Below are positions 7,184 to 14,449 of a stretch of 14,449 nucleotides of DNA, piece after piece (the stretch's first letter is position 1; each line of letters starts with the position of its first letter). The stretch is taken from positions 1-14,449 of the forward strand of contig CALKEP010000031.1 in assembly GCA_938084645.1 (NCBI GenBank). Direction: 5' to 3'. The translations under genes were made by a program, and so were the position numbers. A model generated the notes under the pieces. The model made no database searches and was not told where the DNA came from. It saw only the letters and a program-made list of their open reading frames with translations. Source of the stretch: an uncultured Phycisphaerales bacterium. GTDB taxonomy: Bacteria; Planctomycetota; Phycisphaerae; Phycisphaerales; SM1A02.

Positions 7184-7915
7184 TCAGTGGTCGAAGCGGG
7201 CTGCGCGTCCGATACCGGGCTTCTCGTCCCGGTGGACGTGAAGGACCAGGGATGCCGTGGCATCGTGCCCTCCCCTCGCGAGCCCCGCTCCGGTCGCGGC
7301 GTCGTTCAACTCCGACATCGACCAGAGTCGAAGCACACGCTCGTCGGGGCGGGGTTCGAGATCCCGATCGTCGACCTCGGGCCCGGTTCGCATCACGAAC
7401 TCCGGTTCACCGGGCACCCACAGCATCTGCATCGAGCCGTCCTCGCTGACCCCGTCCCCCCAGTTGCCGGTGGTCAACTCGGACCACCCGGCGAATGGGA
7501 AATCGTCGTAGACGAAGACGCCTTCCGGATCGAGCCGACTCGCAACCGCCAGGAACAGCTCGCGAAGCACCGCCGGCGACCGAACGGTGGTCAGGGTGTT
7601 CCCGAGCAGGAGGATCGCGTCGAAGGGGCCGGTCGGCAGCCCCTGAAGACCGGCCGCCTCGGTGAAGTCGAGACACTCGAACCGTCCGGCCCCCTTGATC
7701 GCCTCGAGAAAGGGATCTTCATGGGCCGGCTCGCGATCGACGCCGGTCACGTCGTGACCCGCCGCGGCGAGCATGCCCCCCACCCGACCCGTTCCGCAAC
7801 CGAGATCGAGCACCCGCCCCGGTCCCGCGACCAGTCGCGCCGCGATCCCCTGCGCCTGCGCGAGCGTCTCACCCTCGTCATGGGGCCGTTGATCATGATC
7901 CGCATGGCCGTTCAC
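7184..7915 (-). CDS. Class I SAM-dependent methyltransferase
   Basis: Motif I VLDLGCGTGR, VTGVD, FDAILLLGN and LDPEGVFVYD. Start overlaps the upstream stop (ATGA, 7912-7915). Confidence 0.88.
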   Translation of the reverse strand: MNGHADHDQRPHDEGETLAQAQGIAARLVAGPGRVLDLGCGTGRVGGMLAAAGHDVTGVDREPAHEDPFLEAIKGAGRFECLDFTEAAGLQGLPTGPFDAILLLGNTLTTVRSPAVLRELFLAVASRLDPEGVFVYDDFPFAGWSELTTGNWGDGVSEDGSMQMLWVPGEPEFVMRTGPEVDDRDLEPRPDERVLRLWSMSELNDAATGAGLARGGHDATASLVLHVHRDEKPGIGRAARFDH

Positions 7916-10164
7916 GTCGAGGGACCCTCCGCGATGCGACGGACGCGGTCCGCCTCCGCCTCCACCGATCGGCGTTCGCCGGAGTCGAGACGGCGATCAC
8001 CGTAACGGACCGCGTAGAAGAGGTCGATGAGAGGCGCCGCGGCGGCCGCGACGTCCGGACGTGTGGACGAGACGACGTCGAGGTGCGCTCTTGGCGGCGA
8101 CCAGTCGGGCTTCGGACAGCCTGCGACGGAGAACGCGTCCAGGAGCGTGATGTAGAACTCGGCTTCGCGGAGACGACGGTTGGAGAAGTCCGGGGATCCG
8201 TGCAGCAGTCGACGCACGAGGCGACGACGACGAATCCAGCGGACCGAAGCCACCGCCGCCAGCCCGATCGCGAAGACGACGATCCCGATCCAGATGTAAC
8301 CCGCGGGCCCCAGCTGGAAGTAGCGGTTGACCCGCTTCGCCGTCTCGCTGATCCGCTCGACGACGCCACGGCCACCGCCACCGACCAGACCACCGAGCCG
8401 ATCCGCGAGGGTCGCCTGACTGGTGCCGTCGAAGGTGACGAAACGGCTGGTCCAGAGGAAATCCGCACGATCGTAGATCCAACGCCAGTCGTCGGCCCAG
8501 CTCCGACGCGACGCCTGGAGTTCCTCGAGCACCCGGGTGTTGGTCGGATCGAATTCACGCCATGACCATCGGCCCGTGCGCACCTCGACCCAGGCGTGCG
8601 CATTCGACTCCCGCACGATGTAGCGGGCGAGTCGTTCATCGAACTCCACCGCGACGAACCCCGTCACGACCCGGCACTCGATGCCGATCGACTGGCAGAG
8701 ACCCGCGAGTCCGGACGCGAAGAACTCGCAGTGGCCGAATCGATGCTCGGTCAGGAACGCGTAGATCGGATCCACCCCGCGCCGCTGCACGAAACGGCGG
8801 AGGTCGAGGGCGTATCGGAAGTCCTCGCCTCGAAGATAGTCCGTGAACGTCTCCGCGATCCGTCGATTCCGCCGCCACTTCGCCTCGTCGTCTCCGGCCG
8901 GGGCGGGTTCGAGCAGCTCCGGCGCACGTTCCCCGAGGACTCGAAGGGCCTCCTCCCGGACTCCGGGAACGTCGAACCGGGGCGGGCGAACCGGTGGATT
9001 CGCGTCGCCCGCGATCGAGGCGATCGTCTCCGGCGTCGGATTGGGGGCGATCTTGAGTCGATAGGTCGCGAAACGATCGAGCCCTCCGCCGACGTTGTCC
9101 TCGATCTCGAGATTCGCGGGATCGAGCGTGAAGGTGCGGGCCTGATCGCAGGCGATCGCGACCGGCGCCCAGCGGGCGAACACCCGGGAAGTCGCGAGGG
9201 AGCGCATGGTGACGGTCTGGGTGTAGAGACTTCGGTCGACCGTCTCGACCCCGAGCGGCATGAAGTCCTCCGGATCACCGCTCGTGGTCACGGTCCGACG
9301 AAAGCGGCGGGTCTCGGCCGCGATCCAACGGCGGTTGGTCGGGTTCCAGCGGTCGAGGACCGCCCCGCGGAGCCGAAGCGGCTGCGGCCACTGGATCGGC
9401 ACCCCCTGCGGATCCGACCACTGGACGGTCAGGACCTCGCGGTTGCTCTGCTCGATCTGATCGCTTCGGGTCAGGTCGACCGTCGGCGAGAATCCGGTTC
9501 GCGTGCCGAGCGCCACCAGCCCGGCGTCGCTCGGCCGGGGGAAGATCAGGAACACGCCCGTGGCCAGGGCGGCGGCCACGATCACGCAGGCCCCGACGAG
9601 CAGGCGGAACTGCGCGACCGGACTCCGACCGAACGCGGGCTCGACCGGGGGAATCGCGACGTCCGCCACCAGATCCCGTCTCTCGTCGCGAGCGTGGTCG
9701 AGCCCCGCTCGAAGCCGGTTCAACATCACCACGTGGACGGTCTCGATCGCGAAGACCACCACGATGACCCCGAGCAGCAGCTGGAAGGAATAGAGACAGG
9801 CGGCGACCACCCCGACCACCGACATCACCACCGCCTGCCGATCCTCTCGCGCCCCTCGACGGCCGAAGAGACGCAGCACCGCGAGGCAGCAGGAGAGACG
9901 ACCCACGATCGCCATCGTGGTGCTCGGATCCGGATTGTCGAGGAAGGACAGGATCGACCAGCCGAACACCCCGATCGCCAGGACGTTGATCACCCAGGGA
10001 GGGAAATGTCGACCACGCGGGCCGTCGCTGACGTAACCACTCGCGACCGTGGCGGCGCCGAGGATGAACAGGAGTTCGAACTGCTGCAACGCCACGGTGA
10101 ACGCGGCGACCGCGAGCAGGACCTGGATGCGGAGATGACGACGGTAACGGGCGAGCGGCGTCAT
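7912..10164 (-). CDS. TgpA-like membrane transglutaminase (DUF3488-type TM region + transglutaminase-like domain + DUF4129-like tail)
   Basis: Multiple N-terminal TM segments, LIFPR..TGFS..VDL, LRLRGAVLDRW, catalytic triad motifs GHCEFFASGL / NAHAWVEV / FDPT, one C-terminal TM and a FYAVRYG tail. Confidence 0.9.
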   Translation of the reverse strand: MTPLARYRRHLRIQVLLAVAAFTVALQQFELLFILGAATVASGYVSDGPRGRHFPPWVINVLAIGVFGWSILSFLDNPDPSTTMAIVGRLSCCLAVLRLFGRRGAREDRQAVVMSVVGVVAACLYSFQLLLGVIVVVFAIETVHVVMLNRLRAGLDHARDERRDLVADVAIPPVEPAFGRSPVAQFRLLVGACVIVAAALATGVFLIFPRPSDAGLVALGTRTGFSPTVDLTRSDQIEQSNREVLTVQWSDPQGVPIQWPQPLRLRGAVLDRWNPTNRRWIAAETRRFRRTVTTSGDPEDFMPLGVETVDRSLYTQTVTMRSLATSRVFARWAPVAIACDQARTFTLDPANLEIEDNVGGGLDRFATYRLKIAPNPTPETIASIAGDANPPVRPPRFDVPGVREEALRVLGERAPELLEPAPAGDDEAKWRRNRRIAETFTDYLRGEDFRYALDLRRFVQRRGVDPIYAFLTEHRFGHCEFFASGLAGLCQSIGIECRVVTGFVAVEFDERLARYIVRESNAHAWVEVRTGRWSWREFDPTNTRVLEELQASRRSWADDWRWIYDRADFLWTSRFVTFDGTSQATLADRLGGLVGGGGRGVVERISETAKRVNRYFQLGPAGYIWIGIVVFAIGLAAVASVRWIRRRRLVRRLLHGSPDFSNRRLREAEFYITLLDAFSVAGCPKPDWSPPRAHLDVVSSTRPDVAAAAAPLIDLFYAVRYGDRRLDSGERRSVEAEADRVRRIAEGPST

Positions 10165-11357
10165 GCGGCGGCCTCCGATCCCGTCGCCGAGCCTTCGCGA
10201 TCGGAGTCGTCGGCCGCCGCGGTCGCTTCCGGCCGACGTTCCATGAGGTCGTCCATGTTGGCGGGCAGGAGATGCCAGCAGCGTTCGTGACCGATGGCCA
10301 CGTCGACGCGATCGACGTGGATCGCGACCATGGCCGCCACGTTCGAAGCCGGCACCGCCAGCGCCCGATCCTCCCGCGTCTCGTCGAGATCGATCGATGC
10401 GAGATGCGCGAGCATCCGATCGAGATGCCGTCGTCCGCCACGGATGGGGATCTCGGGGAGATCGATGCCGGCGATCCGCAGACCGACCTCGACCCCGTGC
10501 CGGATCGAGGATTCCGCGAGCGACGCCGCGAAGGTGATCGCCGCCTCCTCCCGTTCCCGCGGATCGACGCCGGCCTCGAATCGGAGCCGGTCGGTCGGTC
10601 GTCGCAGGTCGAGCAGCACGATGAGTCGCGGCGGCGCGGGAATGGCCCGCTGGATCACCACCGGATTCTCACCGGCCCGCGACCGTTTCCAGGCCACGGA
10701 GCGAATGCTGTCCCCCGGGCGGTATTCACGAAGACCCGCGTATTCTCCGGCGGACCCGAGTCCCGATCCGGCCCGCCCACCGCCGACGCCACCACCGAGC
10801 AATCGGTCGATCTCGTTCTCGCGGATGGGGAACGTCCGGGGAAACACGAGCGTCTCCATCTCCTGCCGAACCGTGACCGACTTCCCGACCAGGCCGAAGG
10901 GGAAGCTCGACCTCGCCTCGAACGCGTCGAATCGCATGCGGCCGCGACGCCGGGGCACGAAGACCGCCTCGCCATGGACGACCTCTCCGGGACCCGCGTG
11001 CATCACCCAGGCCGAAGCGGGATCGGCGTACGTCCACCAGCCGTCGGCTCGATCCCCGCCTCGTCGGGATTCGGTGATCCGCACGTCGAACAGCGGCAGG
11101 TACCGACTTCCCCCGCGGACCGAGTAGCGGACCACCAGCGGACGATCGACGCGACCGTTCACCGGATCGAGTCGTCGCATGGTGAGCCGGAACAGGGCGC
11201 CACCACTGGTCAGCCCGCTGATGACGACCAGGGAGAGCAGGAATCCGAAGATCCAGACGAGCAGGTTGTTCGGACGCACCGTCGAGGCGAACCCCACGAG
11301 CATCGTGACGCCGAGGTAGAGACCGCCCGCGAGATTCAGGTGGTATCGATACCGCAT
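10161..11357 (-). CDS. DUF58 domain membrane protein
   Basis: Start moved to ATG 11357 (GGAGG at 11368-11372). Two N-terminal TM helices with NNLL, PRRRG, SSFPFGL, LVFPR and the signature GEYAGLREYRPGDSIRSVAWKRS. Stop overlaps the next start (ATGA). Confidence 0.9.
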   Translation of the reverse strand: MRYRYHLNLAGGLYLGVTMLVGFASTVRPNNLLVWIFGFLLSLVVISGLTSGGALFRLTMRRLDPVNGRVDRPLVVRYSVRGGSRYLPLFDVRITESRRGGDRADGWWTYADPASAWVMHAGPGEVVHGEAVFVPRRRGRMRFDAFEARSSFPFGLVGKSVTVRQEMETLVFPRTFPIRENEIDRLLGGGVGGGRAGSGLGSAGEYAGLREYRPGDSIRSVAWKRSRAGENPVVIQRAIPAPPRLIVLLDLRRPTDRLRFEAGVDPREREEAAITFAASLAESSIRHGVEVGLRIAGIDLPEIPIRGGRRHLDRMLAHLASIDLDETREDRALAVPASNVAAMVAIHVDRVDVAIGHERCWHLLPANMDDLMERRPEATAAADDSDREGSATGSEAAA

Positions 11358-11397
11358 GCGTGCCGGACCTCCGATCGAATCGCGAACCGGCCGTGGG

Positions 11398-11913
11398 TCA
11401 GCGGTAGATCGCCGAGTCCTTGGGGAGCCTGATGTCGAAACTGTCGAGTTCCCGTTCCGATTCGGTCTGCATCGAGCCACCGGCCCGACCGCTTCCGGGC
11501 TTCACCACCACGAGGAGCCGGACCGAGTCGGAATCGAAGGGAAGTTCGAAGACGTTCGCGGTGTAGCTCGCGCCGCCCATCGCCGCCTTGAGTTCCCATT
11601 CCTCCTCGAGGAACCCCGCACCGAAGTCGCTGATCGCCAGCCGGATCGTGCCGTCACCCCCGCTGTTCGCGGTGGCGACGATCTTGCGGCCGAGTGACTG
11701 CGGGTCGCGAATCGCCTCGACCCGGACCCCCGGCGTCCCCCGATCGGCGAGCCTGGGATCGTCCTTGTCGACGAGTTCGATGGTGTTGTACGCGCCGACC
11801 ACCGCACGTCCCTTGAGGACGTAGCCGCCGCATCCACCGAGCAGCGTGACGCAGATCGAGAGGAGAACCGCTGGCAGCGATGAAGGAAGTCGGAGGGAGT
11901 GGTGGATTCGCAT
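11398..11913 (-). CDS. Putative lipoprotein (possible transthyretin/carboxypeptidase-regulatory-like beta sandwich)
   Basis: Signal peptide with lipobox LLGG-C (Cys28) and AGGA SD upstream. The pattern LKGRAV...GVRVEA...ATANSGGDGTIRL suggests a small beta-sandwich. Confidence 0.7.
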   Translation of the reverse strand: MRIHHSLRLPSSLPAVLLSICVTLLGGCGGYVLKGRAVVGAYNTIELVDKDDPRLADRGTPGVRVEAIRDPQSLGRKIVATANSGGDGTIRLAISDFGAGFLEEEWELKAAMGGASYTANVFELPFDSDSVRLLVVVKPGSGRAGGSMQTESERELDSFDIRLPKDSAIYR

Positions 11914-11979
11914 GACAGGATTCCTCTTCGCGGTGATCTCGGTGGCGGTTCACGGTCCCGACGAACAAGCACACGTTTC

Positions 11980-12405
11980 TCAGGTTATCAGGGTGGCGAC
12001 CACCGCCACGACGGCGAGCGCGAGCATCAGCAGCCCCACGACGGTGCCCGCCACGCGAACCACCGCGTTGAACCGCCGGATCCGGCCCGCACCCGCGAGC
12101 ACGTCCCGAACCTCGTCGGGCGGCGAGCCGACGTCCACCTCGTCCCAGTCGAGGTGCGAGGCGACGGCGGCCCGGTTTTCGAGCGTCCGTCGCGCATCCT
12201 CCCCCGCGGCCTCGGCGACGAGCAGCACCCAGTCCGGCGGATCGACGTCGTGACGCCGTTCCACGACGGCGGGAATCCCCTCCTCGTCGAGAATCAGGCG
12301 GACGGCATCGAGTTCACTTCGACCGACCGCGGCGGCGAGCACCACCGGTGGACGGGCAAGCGGATCGTCATCGAACGGATCGAGCGGATCGGATGCATCA
12401 CTCAT
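11980..12405 (-). CDS. DUF2007-like small protein with C-terminal TM anchor (141 aa)
   Basis: Start moved to ATG 12405 (ATGA overlap with upstream stop). ELDAVRLILDEEGIPAVV...VLLVAEAAGEDARRTL resembles DUF2007. Hydrophobic C-terminal helix. Confidence 0.65.
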   Translation of the reverse strand: MSDASDPLDPFDDDPLARPPVVLAAAVGRSELDAVRLILDEEGIPAVVERRHDVDPPDWVLLVAEAAGEDARRTLENRAAVASHLDWDEVDVGSPPDEVRDVLAGAGRIRRFNAVVRVAGTVVGLLMLALAVVAVVATLIT

Positions 12406-13700
12406 CGCGCGGCCCCCGGCTCGAGACCCCTGGCGAAGTCCATGGGATCGACGCGATCTTCGGGCCCGATCGCGACGTCGCCCCGCACCAGCCGCCAGCC
12501 ATCGATCTCCGCGGCCCGGAATTCGATCGACGTCCCCGCGGCCCGGCCGTCCATCGCACCGCGAAGCATCCGTCCCGTGCCACCGTCTTCCGTGGTTGAA
12601 TCGACCTGGATCCACGCGTGCTCGGTTCGACCTTCCGCATCGGCCCCCAGCGGAACCCCCGCCAGCAGGACGAGGCCTTCCGGCGTCGAGGTGCTGGCTT
12701 CGACCGCACGGCTCCAGCCACGGCGGGCGATCGCCGAAGACCGCGCGGTCGCCGCGTCACTCCGGTAGATGGAGGCGTCCGGTCGCGAAAAGTGCGCCAC
12801 CGCATCCGCGGGCCAGGTCCAGATCTTCTTGAAACTGCCCTTCGGTTCGATGTCGCACACCGCGGCTCGACGGGCCCGGAGCGGATTCGGCGTCTCCTGT
12901 GACAAGGCGGTCCGGTCCGCGTCGTCGCCGAGACTCTCGGGGTCGAGCGCCTCGATCGCCTCCCGCCACGGAATCATGGCGATGTCGATTCCGGGCCCGA
13001 TGGAATAGGGAACCTCGGGCGGCGGCGGACCGTCCTCGAGCAGGAGCCCGGCGAGCGCATCGAGGATGCGGGATGCCGCGGGAGCACTGGCCCCCGGCAC
13101 CTCGAGGAGTTCCAGTTCCGGCAACCCGCAGCGAAGCAGACCGCGCGTGAAGAGCCAGACCGTCCCCTGATCGAGATCCTCGGAGGTCGAGACCGCCTGG
13201 ACCCGCCAGAGCACGTCCTCCGGCGGACCGAGTTGGGCGTCGAGGATCTCCCCGTCGATCTCCGGCCCGTCGAACCACCGTCCGGTCGAAGCGTCGAGCA
13301 CCGCGATCGAGGCTTCGTGTGCCGTTGCGATGCCGACCAGCTTGCCCCAGTCGAGTCGCGGATCCGACCGCTCGAGCAGGGATTCCACGATGAGGGTGAA
13401 TCGGGAGTCTCCGACCCGGCCGACGATCGCGGGCGGCACTTCGTCCATCCGCTTGGTCCGCTCCAGCGAGATCACCACGGGGGCGTCACGTCCCGGCACC
13501 CGGACCACGACCGACCATGGGTTCCGTTCGTCCGCGGAAGGCAGGAATTCGAGCACCTCGACCGAGGCGTCGAGCACGCCGGCCAGTCCCGCGAGGAACG
13601 CATCGGCTTCGAAAGGCGCGTCGACCGAAAGCGGTACCGCGAAGGTCGCCGGCCACGGCTCCTCCGGACGCCACGCGGGATGGGATCCGCTCGAATCCAT
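12402..13700 (-). CDS. DUF4026-like protein with C-terminal DUF2314-like segment
   Basis: 432 aa acidic protein with VWLFTRGLLRCGLPELELL (DUF4026-like) and EHAWIQVD...GRML...EIDGWRL (DUF2314-like). Start coupled to the leuS stop (TGATG). Confidence 0.6.
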   Translation of the reverse strand: MDSSGSHPAWRPEEPWPATFAVPLSVDAPFEADAFLAGLAGVLDASVEVLEFLPSADERNPWSVVVRVPGRDAPVVISLERTKRMDEVPPAIVGRVGDSRFTLIVESLLERSDPRLDWGKLVGIATAHEASIAVLDASTGRWFDGPEIDGEILDAQLGPPEDVLWRVQAVSTSEDLDQGTVWLFTRGLLRCGLPELELLEVPGASAPAASRILDALAGLLLEDGPPPPEVPYSIGPGIDIAMIPWREAIEALDPESLGDDADRTALSQETPNPLRARRAAVCDIEPKGSFKKIWTWPADAVAHFSRPDASIYRSDAATARSSAIARRGWSRAVEASTSTPEGLVLLAGVPLGADAEGRTEHAWIQVDSTTEDGGTGRMLRGAMDGRAAGTSIEFRAAEIDGWRLVRGDVAIGPEDRVDPMDFARGLEPGAAR

Positions 13701-14449
13701 CAGTTCGCCACCACGTTCACGAGTTTCCCGGGAACGACCACGACCTTGCGGATGGTCTTGCCCTCGACGAGTTCGCGGATTCGCTCGTCCGCGAGCGCCG
13801 CGGCTTCCAGGGTCGCCGCATCGGCGTCCGCGGGAACCGTGATGCGGCTGCGAACCTTCCCGAGCACCTGCACGGGCACCTCGATCGACTCGTCCTTGAG
13901 CATCTCCGGATCGAACGCCGGCCAGTCCGCCAGCACCACGCTTCGTCCCGCCCCGGCGTCGGGTCGGAGCTTCGCATCGAGCTCCTCGGCGAAGTGCGGC
14001 ACGAACGGACCGAGGATGCGGTTGAATCGGTCGAGTTGATCGGCCGTGACTCCGACCCCGGTCGCGGTGTTCACGAATTCGATCATCGCCGCGATCGCCG
14101 TGTTGAACGCGAGTCGCTCGATGTCGTCCCCCACCTTCGCGATGGTCCGGTGCAGCGCCCGTTCCACGTCCGCATCGGCCTCGGCCCGCAAGCGAAGCTC
14201 GCCGGTCGATTCATCGACCGCGAGCCGCCACGCCCGCTGGAGAAACCGGTGGACACCGACGATGTCCCGGGTGTTCCAGGGCTTCGAGGCGTCGAGCGGG
14301 CCCATCGCCATCTCGTAGAGCCGGAAGGTGTCGGCGCCGTAGTCCGCGATCACGTCGTCCGGATTGATCACGTTTCGAAGCGACTTCGACATCTTGGCCA
14401 CGATTCGCTCGACGGTCTCGCCCGTCGCGATCTCGATCGCCGGCCCGTC
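13700..14449 (-). CDS. leuS: Leucyl-tRNA synthetase, C-terminal part (5' end outside window)
   Basis: Frame is open to the window edge (DGPAIEIATGETVERIVA-KMSKS). Motifs KMSKSLRNVINPD, YGADTFRLYEM..GP, FNTAIAAMIEF, PFVPHFAEEL, VQVLGKVR and KVVVVPGKLVNVV. Confidence 0.96.
   Translation of the reverse strand, partial: DGPAIEIATGETVERIVAKMSKSLRNVINPDDVIADYGADTFRLYEMAMGPLDASKPWNTRDIVGVHRFLQRAWRLAVDESTGELRLRAEADADVERALHRTIAKVGDDIERLAFNTAIAAMIEFVNTATGVGVTADQLDRFNRILGPFVPHFAEELDAKLRPDAGAGRSVVLADWPAFDPEMLKDESIEVPVQVLGKVRSRITVPADADAATLEAAALADERIRELVEGKTIRKVVVVPGKLVNVVAN

Noticed and set aside
8596..11432. Long plus-strand ORFs 8596..10290 and 10272..11432, and similar overlapping ORFs elsewhere
   Set aside because: Antisense or alternate-frame shadows of well-supported minus-strand genes in GC-rich DNA.

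Overview
High-GC bacterial chromosomal window. The protein families and the IP(S/A)P-type C-terminal sorting signal suggest Planctomycetota/Phycisphaerales, which is an inference. The left end has two divergently transcribed paralogous secreted proteins of unknown function (1..414 minus, truncated and absent from the supplied ORF track; 1005..1727 plus, with a PEP-CTERM-like tail). They are separated by a 590-bp non-coding region rich in hairpins, a possible pseudoknot and short repeats. Next come ppdK (with a basic N-terminal extension and a clear terminator) and a divergent pabB-like chorismate-binding enzyme. The rest is a minus-strand run, mostly translationally coupled: leuS (partial), DUF4026/DUF2314-like protein, DUF2007-like membrane protein, lipoprotein, DUF58 protein, TgpA-like membrane transglutaminase, class I SAM methyltransferase, then a PilZ/YcgR-like protein. 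No rRNA, tRNA, CRISPR array or mobile element was recognised. The head-to-head surface-protein pair and its control region are the most unusual part.
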